Assembly (NCBI GenBank): GCA_035541435.1
Contig: DATKNL010000012.1
Coordinates: 70,498-134,497 of the forward strand
Origin: Minisyncoccota bacterium
Lineage (GTDB): Bacteria; Patescibacteriota; Minisyncoccia; UBA6257; 2-01-FULL-56-20
Length of the DNA stretch: 64,000 nt
Direction of reading: 5' to 3'
Part shown: positions 39,860 to 50,509 of the stretch, one piece after another
Layout: each line of letters begins with the position of its first letter
Numbering within the stretch: the first letter of the stretch is position 1
Translations under genes and position numbers: made by a program
The notes under the pieces: generated by a model
Databases searched by the model: none
The model's input: the letters and a program-made list of their open reading frames with translations, nothing else
What the model was told of the DNA's origin: nothing

Positions 39860-40741
39860 ATGGACATCAAGAAGGGCAAGGGCGTGCAGTGGATCGACAT
39901 CCACAAGCCGAGCGAGAAGGAGCTGCAGTGGCTCGAGGCCCAATACGACATCCATCCGGTGATCATCGACGAGCTCCGGGGGCCGTCGGCGCGCGCCCGG
40001 GTGGAGGTCTATAAGCACTACATCTACTTCGTCTATTATTTCCCGCTGTACGACAAGGAGGACGAGGCGTCGATCCGCACCGAGATCGACTTCATCGTCA
40101 CGAAGGACACCCTCGTCACCGTGCGCTATGAGAACATGCGCGACGTCTATGACGGGTTCAGCGTCGCCCACGCGACGACGACCCTCGAGATCATGTACCG
40201 GCTGATCGAGCACCTCATCGCTTTCCAGGAGCGGCAGCTCCGGCACGTGCGCGAAAAGGTTGAGGCGGTCGGCAAGGAGATCTTCAAGGACCACGAGCTC
40301 GAGGTGCTGCAGCGCATCACCTATGTGAAGCGCGACATCTCGGAATACCGCATCGTCGTGCGCCTGCAGGAACCGATCCTCCGCTCGCTCGTGGCGAACG
40401 GCCGGACGTTCTGGGGCGGCGACGCCGACGTCTATCTGAACGACCTCATGGGCGACCAGCTCAAGGTCGTGAACCAGCTCGAGGATTACCGCGAGGCGAT
40501 CTCTGACTTCGAGGACACGAACAACCAGCTCATGAACCTCAAGATCAACAGCGTGATGAAGACGTTCACGTCGCTCTCGTTCCTCACCTTCCCGTTCATG
40601 CTCCTCGCCGCGCTCTTCAGCATGAACACGCGCGACACGCCCCTCATCGGCCTGCCGCACGCGTTCTGGATCGTCTTCGGCACGATGGCGACCGCGATGA
40701 TCGTCCTCAGCGCCTATTTCAAACGCAAGGGTTGGTTCTGA
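39860..40741 (+). CDS. corA: CorA-family Mg2+/Co2+ transporter
   Basis: 293 aa; two C-terminal TM helices with SMN(GMN-variant) motif LFSMNTRDTP. Confidence 0.8.
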   Translation: MDIKKGKGVQWIDIHKPSEKELQWLEAQYDIHPVIIDELRGPSARARVEVYKHYIYFVYYFPLYDKEDEASIRTEIDFIVTKDTLVTVRYENMRDVYDGFSVAHATTTLEIMYRLIEHLIAFQERQLRHVREKVEAVGKEIFKDHELEVLQRITYVKRDISEYRIVVRLQEPILRSLVANGRTFWGGDADVYLNDLMGDQLKVVNQLEDYREAISDFEDTNNQLMNLKINSVMKTFTSLSFLTFPFMLLAALFSMNTRDTPLIGLPHAFWIVFGTMATAMIVLSAYFKRKGWF

Positions 40742-40754
40742 ACCCGCACGATGC

Positions 40755-42146
40755 ATGATCAAGATCTACAACACGCTTTCGGGCGCTAAGGAGCCGCTCC
40801 CCGACCAGAAGAAGCTGCGGCTCTTCGTGTGCGGCCCGACCGTCTATGACTATCAGCACATCGGGAACGCGCGCACCTATGTGTTCTTCGACTTCTTCGC
40901 GAAGTACCTGCGCGCGCAGGGGTACGACGTCTTCTATCTGCAGAACATAACCGACGTCGACGACAAGATCATCAGGCGCGCCGCCGAGGAGCACGAGGAT
41001 CCGGCGGACCTCGCCAAGCGCTACACGAAGGCCTATCTCGAGGACATGAAGGCGCTCGGCATCGACGCCGTCACGAAGTACGCGCCGGCGACCGACTTCA
41101 TCACGCAGATCGCGGCCCAGGTCGAGCGGCTGATCGAGAAGCGCTACGCCTACAGGATCGAGGACGATGGCTGGTATTTCGACATCGCGAAATTCCCCGA
41201 CTATGGCAAGCTCTCGCACCGCACCGCCGCGCAGGCCGAGGACTCGGTGTCGCGCATCGACGAATCGGTCGGCAAGCGCAACAAGGGCGACTTCTGCCTG
41301 TGGAAGTTCTCGTCGAAGGCCGGCCGCGCCGCGGGCGCCGAACCCTCGTGGACGACGCAGGTGGGCGAAGGCCGTCCCGGCTGGCACATCGAGGACACGG
41401 CGATCTCGGATTATTTCTTCGGACCGCAATACGAGATCCACGGCGGAGGCGTCGACCTGAAGTTCCCCCACCATGAAGCCGAGATCGCCCAGCAGGAAGC
41501 GGCATCGGGCCGCGAACCGTTCGTGCGCTACTGGGTCCACACCGGACATGTGCTCGTAGAAGGGAAGAAGATGTCGAAGAGCCTCGGCAACTTCGTGACG
41601 ACGCGCGACTTCCTCGTGAGCCATCCGCCCGAGCTCCTCCGCTGGATCACGTTCACGAGCCATTACCGCTCCCCCGTCGACTTCTCCGAAACGCTTGCCG
41701 CCCAGGGGACGGCCGCCATGAACACGCTCGGGTCGTTCCTCGCGAAGCTCGACCGCACGGACGGCAGGACCGACGCCGACGCCGAACGCGCCGCGGCGGT
41801 TTTCACGGCGAAGTTCCACGAGGCCCTTGCGGACGACCTCAACACCCCGGCCGCCATCGCGTCCATGTTCGAATTCATGGCCCGGTTTCAGACGAACATC
41901 TGGTCGCTCCGCGCATCCGAGGCGCGCATGATTAAAAAATCCTTAAAAGCCGCCCTCGACACCTTCGGCATCTCGCTGCCGTCGCCCAAAATCCCGGCCG
42001 AAGTCGAGCGAATGGCCAAGGAACGCGAGAAGTTCAGAAAGAGTAAACAGTTTGTTCAGGCCGACGCCTTGCGCGAGCGGCTGGGCAGCGTAGGATATGA
42101 AATTGAGGACACGCCCCAGGGATACTTCCTGTGGCCCAGGCCTTGA
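40755..42146 (+). CDS. cysS: Cysteine--tRNA ligase
   Basis: 463 aa; HIGNARTYV and KMSKSLGN class I motifs. Confidence 0.95.
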   Translation: MIKIYNTLSGAKEPLPDQKKLRLFVCGPTVYDYQHIGNARTYVFFDFFAKYLRAQGYDVFYLQNITDVDDKIIRRAAEEHEDPADLAKRYTKAYLEDMKALGIDAVTKYAPATDFITQIAAQVERLIEKRYAYRIEDDGWYFDIAKFPDYGKLSHRTAAQAEDSVSRIDESVGKRNKGDFCLWKFSSKAGRAAGAEPSWTTQVGEGRPGWHIEDTAISDYFFGPQYEIHGGGVDLKFPHHEAEIAQQEAASGREPFVRYWVHTGHVLVEGKKMSKSLGNFVTTRDFLVSHPPELLRWITFTSHYRSPVDFSETLAAQGTAAMNTLGSFLAKLDRTDGRTDADAERAAAVFTAKFHEALADDLNTPAAIASMFEFMARFQTNIWSLRASEARMIKKSLKAALDTFGISLPSPKIPAEVERMAKEREKFRKSKQFVQADALRERLGSVGYEIEDTPQGYFLWPRP

Positions 42147-42149
42147 TTC

Positions 42150-43514
42150 ATGCCCATCCCCAAGAAAACCGACCTCAAAGTGCCGCCTCAGAACCTCGAG
42201 GCGGAGCAGAACGTCCTCGGAAGCCTCCTCATCGACAAGAACGCGATCTTCCGGATCGCGGACCAGCTGACCGCCGACGACTTCTATGTGCCCGCGCATG
42301 CGAGGATCTTCGAGGCGATCGTATCGCTCTATGAGAAGCGCCAACCGATCGACGTGCTCTCGCTCACGACCTTCCTCAAGGACCGCGAGACGCTGAAGGA
42401 CGTCGGCGGGTCCGCCTATCTCGCCGAACTCACGAACCACGTGACGACCGCGTCGCATGTCGCGCACTACGCCGGGATCGTGCGCGACAAGAAGGTGCGC
42501 CGCGACCTCATCAAGGCGTCGGCCGAGATGGCCGAGAGCGCCTTCGAGACCGGCCAGGACATCGACGACCTGCTCGACGACAACGAGCAGAAGATCCTCT
42601 CGATCTCGCAACGCTCGCTCCCCCAGAACTTCGTCGCGCTGAAGGACGACCTCGTCACCGCCTATGAGCGCATCGCGTCGCTCCACGAGGGCGGCGGCAA
42701 GCTGCGCGGCGTGCCGACCGGGTTCCCCGAGCTCGACGAGACTCTTTCGGGCCTTCAGAAGTCCGAGCTCATCATCCTCGGCGCGCGGCCGTCGGTCGGC
42801 AAGACGTCGCTCTGCCTCGACATCGCCCGCAACGCCGCGAAGGCCGGCCACACCGTCGGCATCTTCTCGCTCGAGATGTCGCGCGAACAGCTGCAGGACC
42901 GCATCATCGCCGCCGAATCCGGCGTGCCGCTCTGGCACATCCTCACGGGACGCCTGAGCGACCACACCGAGCTCCCGATCATCCAGGAGTCCCTCGACCG
43001 CCTTTCGCAGATCAAGCTCTTCATCGACGACTCGCCGTCGCTCAACGTTTTGCAGATGCGGTCGATGGCGCGCCGGCTGCAGGTGGAACACGGCCTCGAC
43101 CTGCTCGTGATCGACTACCTGCAGCTCATCCGCCCGCGCGTGAACTTCGAAAGCATGGTGCAGCAGATCACCGAGATCTCCCGCGGCCTCAAGGCGCTCG
43201 CCCGCGAGCTCAAGGTGCCCGTCGTCGCGCTCTCGCAGCTCTCGCGCGGCGTCGAGCAGCGCGACCACAAGATCCCCCGCCTTTCCGACCTCCGCGAATC
43301 GGGTTCGATCGAACAGGACGCCGACATCGTCATGTTCATCTATCGCGACGAGCGCAACCCGAACGACACCGCGAGCGAGGCCGACAACATCGTCCACCTC
43401 CGCATCGCGAAACACCGCAACGGCCCCCTGCGCGACATCGACTTCTTCTTCGACGCCGAGCGCGCGTCGTTCAAGGTGCTCGAGAAACGCTACAGCGAGC
43501 TGCCGCCGCTCTGA
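42150..43514 (+). CDS. dnaB: Replicative DNA helicase DnaB
   Basis: 454 aa; N-terminal domain, Walker A GARPSVGKTS, RecA-like fold motifs. Confidence 0.95.
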   Translation: MPIPKKTDLKVPPQNLEAEQNVLGSLLIDKNAIFRIADQLTADDFYVPAHARIFEAIVSLYEKRQPIDVLSLTTFLKDRETLKDVGGSAYLAELTNHVTTASHVAHYAGIVRDKKVRRDLIKASAEMAESAFETGQDIDDLLDDNEQKILSISQRSLPQNFVALKDDLVTAYERIASLHEGGGKLRGVPTGFPELDETLSGLQKSELIILGARPSVGKTSLCLDIARNAAKAGHTVGIFSLEMSREQLQDRIIAAESGVPLWHILTGRLSDHTELPIIQESLDRLSQIKLFIDDSPSLNVLQMRSMARRLQVEHGLDLLVIDYLQLIRPRVNFESMVQQITEISRGLKALARELKVPVVALSQLSRGVEQRDHKIPRLSDLRESGSIEQDADIVMFIYRDERNPNDTASEADNIVHLRIAKHRNGPLRDIDFFFDAERASFKVLEKRYSELPPL

Positions 43515-43576
43515 TTTCGCGCCGCCGCGCGGCGGGCGGGCGCGGACGAGGGCGGACCCGTGGTATACTGACCCCT

Positions 43577-44179
43577 ATGAAACTGCCATCGCCCATCCAG
43601 CGCGTGATCGAGGAGCTTTCGAAACTGCCGTCCATCGGCCCCCGCCAGGCCATCCGCCTCGCGTTCTACATGATCGGCGAAGGCAAGGACGAGCTCGCGG
43701 ATTTCGCCCGGGCCGTCGACGGCCTGCGCACGATCAACGTCTGCGAACGGTGCTTCTTCATCCATCAGAACGAGGGCGGCCTCTGCGACATCTGCCGCAA
43801 CCCGAACCGCAACCAGCGCGTCGTGATGGTCGTCGAAAAGGAGACGGACCTCATCTCGCTCGAGGACACGAGGAAGTTCACCGGCCGCTATTTCATCTCG
43901 GGACCGATCTCGAAGACCGGATTCCTCGAGCCCTGGCAGAAGCTGCGCCTGCAGAGCCTCGTGTCGTTCATCAGGAAGGACCTCGGCGGGACCGCCGACG
44001 AGATCATCTTCGCCTTCAATCCGACGACGCTCGGCGACTTTCAGGCGTCGCTCCTCATGAAGGAGCTCGGCCCGGTGACGAAGAAGATGAGCCGCCTGGG
44101 GCGCGGCCTGCCGACCGGCGGCGAGATCGAGTTCGCCGACGACGAGACGCTCGGATCGGCGCTCGACCGGCGCGGCTGA
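43577..44179 (+). CDS. recR: Recombination protein RecR
   Basis: 200 aa; HhH, C4 zinc finger CERCFFIHQNEGGLCDIC, Toprim; TATACT 8 nt before ATG (leaderless-like). Confidence 0.9.
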   Translation: MKLPSPIQRVIEELSKLPSIGPRQAIRLAFYMIGEGKDELADFARAVDGLRTINVCERCFFIHQNEGGLCDICRNPNRNQRVVMVVEKETDLISLEDTRKFTGRYFISGPISKTGFLEPWQKLRLQSLVSFIRKDLGGTADEIIFAFNPTTLGDFQASLLMKELGPVTKKMSRLGRGLPTGGEIEFADDETLGSALDRRG

Positions 44180-44257
44180 CGGCGCGCGCATCCCGTTCGA
44201 TAACAAAACGCCCCGTCCATGTGGTTGCATGAACGGGGCTCACCTCCGATCGGCCGG

Positions 44258-44584
44258 TCAGTCTGCCCAGTGCGGACAGCTTGCGGGATCGGCCTTGCAT
44301 AGAAAAGCCGTGATCTGCGGCGTCTTCTTGGGCGTGAAGGCTCCGTTGTAATAGAGCTTGCCATACCCGACCTTCACCACCGCGACATACCGCGAAACTT
44401 CCTTGGTCTTATAGCAGTCGTCTCCTTGGCAGGCTCCCTTCGCCCGCAGGTTCGCGACGACGGTGTCGGCCTGACCCATGGTCTGAATGACCTGGTCCGC
44501 GACGCCGTCCTGATAGGTCGTCACGATCACGAACAGGATGACGAGCCCGAGTACGGTACCGCAAAACGCAAGAACGATCTTCAC
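44258..44584 (-). CDS. Small secreted Cys-containing protein (108 aa), unknown function
   Basis: Signal peptide MKIVLAFCGTVLGLVILFVIV; 4 Cys; own consensus promoter and GGGAGGG SD. Confidence 0.5.
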   Translation of the reverse strand: MKIVLAFCGTVLGLVILFVIVTTYQDGVADQVIQTMGQADTVVANLRAKGACQGDDCYKTKEVSRYVAVVKVGYGKLYYNGAFTPKKTPQITAFLCKADPASCPHWAD

Positions 44585-44648
44585 AATACCCTCCCTGTGG
44601 CGCCACGCGCCGGCTGGTTTTTAAATTTGCATTACTAACACTAGGGGA

Positions 44649-44678
44649 ATTATAACAACAAAATTGCCACTTTGTCAA
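44649..44678 (-). promoter_or_regulatory. Consensus sigma70 promoter TTGACA-N18-TATAAT driving the small secreted protein gene
   Basis: Reverse complement of 44649-44678 reads ttgacaaagtggcaattttgttgttataat. Confidence 0.55.
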
Positions 44679-44695
44679 GTACCGGCCGGTGCCCC

Positions 44696-45727
44696 CTATC
44701 CGTGCCGCACTTCGAGCACGTCCCCGTCGGCAACGACATAGTCCTTGCCTTCGACGCGGAGCCACCCTTTCTGCTTGGCCTGGGACCATCCGCCCGCGGC
44801 GACGAGCTTGTCATAGGCGACCACCTCGAGCCTGATGAACTTCTTCTCGAAGTCGGTATGGATGACGCCGGCGGCCTGGGGCGCCTTCGTCCCCTGTTCG
44901 ATCGTCCACGCGCGCGTCTCGTCCTCGCCGGTCGTGAAGAAGCTGATCAGGTTGAGCGTGCGATACGCCTCGCGGACAAGCTCCGGAACGGCATCCGCGG
45001 CGGCGAGGTTCGCGACGAGGTGGTGACCGCCGAGCGAGGCGATGCGTTCGAGGAGCGCGGGCGGGACGTCGTCCGGCTCGCCGTTCAAAAGATAGATCTG
45101 CCGCTTGAGCGTGAGCAAATTAAGATCGTTTAACCGTCCCGTCGTCCTTCCCTCGTGCGCCACGTCGTTCGCGAGCGCCGCATCGGCGACGGGCAGGCGC
45201 CCTGCCTCAAGACACGCCTTGAGCCGCGAAAGGAGGTCGCGGTCCGCAAGCGCCTCCTTCTTGCCGGTGCGCGCTTCGGCTTCGGCTTTCGCGAGCCGCT
45301 TCTCGACGAGCTCGAGGTCCTTGAGGATGAGTTCCTGGTTGATGATCTCGAGGTCGCGCAGCGGATCGACGGAATTCTCGACGTGGATGATGCCGGGATC
45401 CTTGAACGCGCGCAGCACGAGGATGATCGCCTGCGTCTCTTTGATGTGCCCAAGGAACTGGTTGCCCAGCCCCTCGCCCTTGTTCGCGCCCTTCACGAGG
45501 CCCGCGATGTCATAGAACTCGACGACCGCCGGGATCTTCTTTTTCGACTTGCTCATGGCCGCGAGCTTCTCGACCCGCTCGTCGGGAACGGCGACGATGC
45601 CGACATTCGGATCGATCGTCGCGAAGGGATAGTTCGCGATCACGATGTCCTGGTTCGTAAGGACCTTGAACAGCGTGGATTTGCCGACGTTCGGCAGCCC
45701 GACGATGCCGAGGGAGATTTTGGCCAT
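44696..45727 (-). CDS. ychF: Ribosome-binding ATPase YchF (Obg-family GTPase)
   Basis: C-terminal 343 aa of track ORF 44696..46354 starting MAKISLGIVGLPNVGKSTLF; TGS domain at C-terminus; upstream part of track ORF rejected. Confidence 0.9.
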   Translation of the reverse strand: MAKISLGIVGLPNVGKSTLFKVLTNQDIVIANYPFATIDPNVGIVAVPDERVEKLAAMSKSKKKIPAVVEFYDIAGLVKGANKGEGLGNQFLGHIKETQAIILVLRAFKDPGIIHVENSVDPLRDLEIINQELILKDLELVEKRLAKAEAEARTGKKEALADRDLLSRLKACLEAGRLPVADAALANDVAHEGRTTGRLNDLNLLTLKRQIYLLNGEPDDVPPALLERIASLGGHHLVANLAAADAVPELVREAYRTLNLISFFTTGEDETRAWTIEQGTKAPQAAGVIHTDFEKKFIRLEVVAYDKLVAAGGWSQAKQKGWLRVEGKDYVVADGDVLEVRHG

Positions 45728-45848
45728 GTGATGAACACTATCATATCGGCGCAGCAGATCAAAGAGGGCCCCGGTTGCGTTCTCGCGCGGGAAGGCTATA
45801 CTGGCGTCAGCGAAAGCTGATTTCAAATTCACCACCGAGGCGACTCCG

Positions 45849-46880
45849 ATGGAACTGCAGGCTCTCTGGCGGAAGGCGGACTCGCTCCGCGGCTGCCTTT
45901 CCCACCTCAAGACGACCCAGGGGCGTCGGCGGTATCCCGTCGACGAAGATCCCCTGGCGCTGACCGACCCGTTCGTGAGCGACGAGGCCAAGCTCCTCTC
46001 GAGCAAGGCCTTCCGCGTCATGGACGACAAGACCCAGGTATTCACCCAGCCGAAGACGCCGCTCATCCGCAGCCGCAAGTCCCACGTCCTCGAAGTCGCG
46101 GCCTGCTCGGTCGTCGCTTCGGAGATGCTTGGGCTCAACACGAACCTCGTCCGTGCGGCGGCGATCGGACACGACATCGGCCACGTCCCCTTCGGCCACC
46201 AGGGCGAATCGTGGATGGCGAAAGCGATGAACCGGCCCGAATTCTGCCACGAAGTGATGGCGCCGATCATCGCCCAGAAGATCGAGCGCAAAGGCCAGGG
46301 CCTCAACCTGACCTTCGAGACGCTCGAGGCGATGATGCGGCACAGCGGCAACACGGCGCGCGAAGGGATGAGTCAGGAGGCGTGGACGCTCCGGCACACG
46401 GACAAGTTCACCTATATCTTCCACGACGTGAACGACATCATCGTGCGCATGGGCTATCCCGTCCGCGAGGAACTCACCGCGCTCATCGACGAATTCGGAT
46501 CGACGCAGCGCGAACGCACGACGACGGCCATCGCCGGACTCGTCATCGAGTCGGCCGAGGCCGGCAAGGTCAGCTTCGAGGAATCGGAGCTCGGTCGGAA
46601 GTTCAAGCGGCTCCGCTCCCTGATGTACGAGATCTATCCGTGCGTAACCCAGCAGAAGGTGTGCTACACGATGGAACCGGTCCTCGAGTGCCTGCGGCAG
46701 ATGAAGATCGGCGATCCCTTCCTGCTGCTCGCCCTCATGACCGACAAGGACGCCATCATGCTGGCGGCAGAACCGATGAAGGACATGCAGGCCTTCAGAA
46801 GCACGGCCGTAAGCGAGATCGTTCCGCACCTCAAGCGGATCGGGCCGATCGACCTCTGCGATCCCGGTCTCGATTGGTAA
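45849..46880 (+). CDS. HD-domain phosphohydrolase, dGTP triphosphohydrolase-like
   Basis: 343 aa; HD motif region KSHVLEVAACSVVASEMLGL...AAIGHDIGHVPFGH. Confidence 0.7.
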   Translation: MELQALWRKADSLRGCLSHLKTTQGRRRYPVDEDPLALTDPFVSDEAKLLSSKAFRVMDDKTQVFTQPKTPLIRSRKSHVLEVAACSVVASEMLGLNTNLVRAAAIGHDIGHVPFGHQGESWMAKAMNRPEFCHEVMAPIIAQKIERKGQGLNLTFETLEAMMRHSGNTAREGMSQEAWTLRHTDKFTYIFHDVNDIIVRMGYPVREELTALIDEFGSTQRERTTTAIAGLVIESAEAGKVSFEESELGRKFKRLRSLMYEIYPCVTQQKVCYTMEPVLECLRQMKIGDPFLLLALMTDKDAIMLAAEPMKDMQAFRSTAVSEIVPHLKRIGPIDLCDPGLDW

Positions 46881-46903
46881 TATGGCGACATCCCCGATTA
46901 TGC

Positions 46904-46935
46904 GAGCACGACCTTATGGCGTGCTCGTTTTTTTT
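46904..46935 (+). terminator. Rho-independent terminator GAGCACG-N9-CGTGCTC + T8
   Basis: Read directly after HD gene stop. Confidence 0.6.
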
Positions 46936-47086
46936 GCGCTTTGACGCGGCGGCGGCCCGTTTGCGCCCCGAAACCTTGTGCCATTCCGGACGTTCCGTAG
47001 TATGGACGCCCGAAGCCGCTAACAGATCTGGATTTCAGGCGTATTATAAGAGGAACGGGTCGAAACAAACCATTCATTAAAAATTC

Positions 47087-48454
47087 ATGAAAAAGACAGC
47101 CTTCATAGCCATGCTGCCGGTCCTTGCGCTCGCCCTCGTCGCGGGAACGGTCGCGATGGCTCAGAATGCGCCGGGCGCGGGGGCGGCCATCGGCGCAAGC
47201 GGCAGCGGATCGGCAAGCGCCGGAACCGCCACGATCGCCCCGCCGGCGCCGGTCCCCGGTGATGCCGGATTCGTGCAGTTCAACAGCCTCACGGTCGAAA
47301 GCGTATCGGGCACCGGCGTCCCGGCCGAAATCACGGCCATGCCGCAGGTGACGATCATGTCGGGCGGAGCGGCGGGCGGCGGAACGGGAAGCGCTTCGGG
47401 CGGCGCGATGTCGTCCGGCAACGCGGCAAGCAACTGCCTCCGCTTCGACACGCAGAACGCCGGCAAGGGCATGGTCATCCCCTGTCCCATAGCGCCTCCG
47501 GTACCCGCCCCGTCGGCATCGAACGGAACGTCGCCCGCGAACGGCCCGGCCATCATGACCGTGCCGCCGATCGGCGCCTTCCGCATCGAGGTCTCGGCGA
47601 ACACCGAGATCATGCTCCGCGACCGCACGGCGGCATCCCTCGCCGATATCTCGGCGGGCGACCAGATCAACGTCTTCGGCTACTATAACACCGACGGCAG
47701 CATCCAGGCCTACGTCGTGCGCGACACCTCGAAGCCCGTCGAGACGCAGACGATGCAGCTCAACAATGTTTCAGTCGTGTCGGTTTCGGGAACATCGATT
47801 CCCGCGACGCTCACGGTGACGCAGACGGTCGGTGCGCCCTGCTACCACTTCAACACGAACGGCGCGCAAGCCCCGATCGCGTGCCCGCTGGGGATCATCG
47901 CCCCGGCGCAGGTCCCCGCGCCGTCGTCGAACGCGGCGAACACGTCGAGCGCCCCGACGGCTCCGACCGTCGCCCCGAACTACATGATGCTCCGCAGGTA
48001 CTCGGTGAACGTCGATGCGCGCACGATCGTGCTTGACCGCAACCGCAACGCGCTCACGCTCGCCGACATCCATCAGGGCGACCGCCTCAACGTGTACGGC
48101 GAGACGAGCGACAACGGCCAGACGATCGCGGCCGACATCATCCGCGACCTCTCGCTCCCCGTCGCCCCGTCGACCTATATGGGAACCGTGACCCAGGTGA
48201 ATCCCGACGGATCGTTCACCGTCCAGACGAACGACGGCCGCACGTTCACCGTGCAGGGTCCGGTCGCGGCCGGCGAAAGCGTCTCGGTGGACGGCCTGCT
48301 GAACCAGAGCGGAACCGTCCTCACGGGCGTCACCCGCCTCTCGGTCTCGAGCGGGACCGCCTATCCTCCCCAGCCGCCGGTCATGCTCCCCATGATGCGG
48401 GTCCAGGGATCCCCGTATCCGACGAGCACGAACGGCAAGCCGATCAACTATTAG
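47087..48454 (+). CDS. Secreted protein with Ala/Gly/Pro-rich N-terminal region and two DUF5666-like repeats
   Basis: 455 aa; signal peptide MKKTAFIAMLPVLALALVAGTVAMA; repeated motif R(D)R..A.(T)LADI..GD..NV.G....DG...A..(I)RD(L)S.P. Confidence 0.55.
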   Translation: MKKTAFIAMLPVLALALVAGTVAMAQNAPGAGAAIGASGSGSASAGTATIAPPAPVPGDAGFVQFNSLTVESVSGTGVPAEITAMPQVTIMSGGAAGGGTGSASGGAMSSGNAASNCLRFDTQNAGKGMVIPCPIAPPVPAPSASNGTSPANGPAIMTVPPIGAFRIEVSANTEIMLRDRTAASLADISAGDQINVFGYYNTDGSIQAYVVRDTSKPVETQTMQLNNVSVVSVSGTSIPATLTVTQTVGAPCYHFNTNGAQAPIACPLGIIAPAQVPAPSSNAANTSSAPTAPTVAPNYMMLRRYSVNVDARTIVLDRNRNALTLADIHQGDRLNVYGETSDNGQTIAADIIRDLSLPVAPSTYMGTVTQVNPDGSFTVQTNDGRTFTVQGPVAAGESVSVDGLLNQSGTVLTGVTRLSVSSGTAYPPQPPVMLPMMRVQGSPYPTSTNGKPINY

Positions 48455-48504
48455 GCATTCCTCGCAACGCGTCAGGCGCCTTGAAACCAGCGCCCTCGCA
48501 CGAA

Positions 48505-48532
48505 CAGCCGGCGTCAGGCCGGCTGTTTTTTT
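48505..48532 (+). terminator. Rho-independent terminator CAGCCGGC-N5-GCCGGCTG + T7
   Basis: Read directly between the two paralogous secreted-protein genes. Confidence 0.55.
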
Positions 48533-48595
48533 CGCGCCGAAAATCCAGCACGGCATCGCTGTAATAAACGAAACGAAGGGGGCGTATGAACTACC

Positions 48596-49600
48596 ATGAA
48601 AAAAGCCACGTCAGCGCTTGCCGTCATCACGCTCGCCGCCATCGCCGGAGGCGCCGCACTCACGGCGAACGCGCAGCTGTTTACCTATTCCGGCACCACG
48701 ACGACGCCAAGCTCGAGCGTCGTGAGCACGACCGCGTCATCTTCGCCGGCGGAAACTTCGACGAGCAGCGGAAGCGTGCTCGGCGCCGCCACCTCGACGA
48801 CGACATCCTCGACGGTCCCGACCGTTTCGCCCGCCGTCGTCTCCGTGACGCCTCAGTGGATCCAGGTGAACGGACTCACGGTCACCGGCATGTCGTCGAC
48901 GCTCAAGCCGGCGACGCTCGCCGCTTCGACACCGAGCCCCAGCTGCGAGACGTTCGCCGATCAGTCGTCGGCATTCGGCACCGCGGTCACATGCCCGGCC
49001 GTCTCATCCTATGAGATCGCCGTCGACCAGGCGACGGTTGTCCGCCTGCGCGACCGGAGCGTCGGCGTCCTTGCGAACGTCACGACGGGCGACGTCGTCA
49101 ACGTGTTCGGATCCCTCACTGCCGACGGCACGCTGCAGGCGACCATCCTGCGCGACCTCTCGAAGCCGCAAGTCGGCCTCGTGCCCTCGACCGGCTTCCC
49201 GTCTGGCGGCGGCACGACCATCGCCGGCACCGGAACGTCGAATGACGCCATCCTCAGCCTCGCCGCCGCGCTGCTCACCCTCTTCCCGAACCTTGCCGCG
49301 ACCATGACCTCCTCAGGCACCCTTCCCGCCGACCTCCGCTCGTTCGGCGCGACGATCACCCAGGTGAACGCCGACGGATCGTTCGTCGTGCGCCTGACCG
49401 ACGGCCGCACGTTCACGGTACCGAACGTCATCCGGGTCGGAACGACCGTGACGCTCGGCCAGGTCGTCGACTGGATCAACGCGCACTGGAACTCGATCAC
49501 CGGAACCGCATCAGGCACGATGCCGGCCTCGGGACTCATGATCCCCTATAACGGCAGCACGAGCGTCGCGACGCCAAGCGGAACGCCGAACATCTATTGA
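48596..49600 (+). CDS. Secreted Ser/Thr-rich protein, paralog of upstream gene (DUF5666-like repeat)
   Basis: 334 aa; signal peptide MKKATSALAVITLAAIAGGAALTANA; shares RLRDRSVGVLANVTTGDVVNVFG and DGRTFTV motifs with 47087..48454. Confidence 0.55.
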   Translation: MKKATSALAVITLAAIAGGAALTANAQLFTYSGTTTTPSSSVVSTTASSSPAETSTSSGSVLGAATSTTTSSTVPTVSPAVVSVTPQWIQVNGLTVTGMSSTLKPATLAASTPSPSCETFADQSSAFGTAVTCPAVSSYEIAVDQATVVRLRDRSVGVLANVTTGDVVNVFGSLTADGTLQATILRDLSKPQVGLVPSTGFPSGGGTTIAGTGTSNDAILSLAAALLTLFPNLAATMTSSGTLPADLRSFGATITQVNADGSFVVRLTDGRTFTVPNVIRVGTTVTLGQVVDWINAHWNSITGTASGTMPASGLMIPYNGSTSVATPSGTPNIY

Positions 49601-49620
49601 TATCGATCGGTCGCACGACG

Positions 49621-50508
49621 TCATTTCGGAGCCACGATCGACTGCAGCAGCGGCTGCGCGAGGGTCGACGGCTTCGTGACGTCGATGTCGGCATGGCCGC
49701 CGGACCTGAAGACGAACGTATAGCCGAACGGATCGGGAGGGACTTCGGGTATGACGCGCGCCGCGACCAGTTCGTCGGTCGACGTTGGATAGGTCCCACG
49801 CGCCTGCTTATAGATGCGGGCCGCCGCCTCGAGATAGTCGAAGATCTGCAGGCGCGTCACATAGGCCTGGGCCCGCTCGCGGGTCGCCTCGTCGTTCGTC
49901 GAGCTCGCGATGGTGAGCCAGAGTTCCTCGGTCGTGGCGCGCTGGTTGGCGCCGACGCCGAAGTTGAGCGCGAACCGCTCGGCGTAATCGGGGATGCCCG
50001 GCGTCCGGGCGGCGACATCGAAATAGGTGAGTGCGCTCCGTTCGTCCTTCGCGTCGAGATAATAGTCGATGGCCATGTAATACGGGATGCGCCAGTCGTT
50101 CTGCACGTTCTCGAGTCCCTTGCGGCCGATCGCGAGCGCGATCGTGTCGCTCGCATCCTGGCCGGCGAACCGGCCGGCAGGAATGGCCGGAATGGCGATC
50201 ACCGAAAACGCGTACGGGTACCCGAGCTTCGGGTCGACGCTGCTCACATAGGCGACGTCCGAAACGTATTCCGTCTTGCCGACGAACAGGTCGAGGATCT
50301 CGGGCATCGTTCCCGCCCAGAGCGCCGACGCGACGGTCGAGTGGAATCCCATGTCGACGAGGCGCACGAACTCGGGCGACGTATAGCTTGCGAGCGACGG
50401 CGGCCCGGACGGCTTCACGAGGTCATAGTCGTACTGCGTCGCGGCGATCGCCGCGATAAAGAGGATGACGATCAGCGCCTTCATGCCCGATCCGAAGCGC
50501 GAGACCAT
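49621..50508 (-). CDS. N-terminally membrane-anchored hypothetical protein
   Basis: Track ORF 49621..50577 trimmed to ATG (MVSRFGSGMKALIVILFIAAIAA) 1 nt after stop of ABC-2 permease gene. Confidence 0.45.
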   Translation of the reverse strand: MVSRFGSGMKALIVILFIAAIAATQYDYDLVKPSGPPSLASYTSPEFVRLVDMGFHSTVASALWAGTMPEILDLFVGKTEYVSDVAYVSSVDPKLGYPYAFSVIAIPAIPAGRFAGQDASDTIALAIGRKGLENVQNDWRIPYYMAIDYYLDAKDERSALTYFDVAARTPGIPDYAERFALNFGVGANQRATTEELWLTIASSTNDEATRERAQAYVTRLQIFDYLEAAARIYKQARGTYPTSTDELVAARVIPEVPPDPFGYTFVFRSGGHADIDVTKPSTLAQPLLQSIVAPK

Positions 50509-50509
50509 G

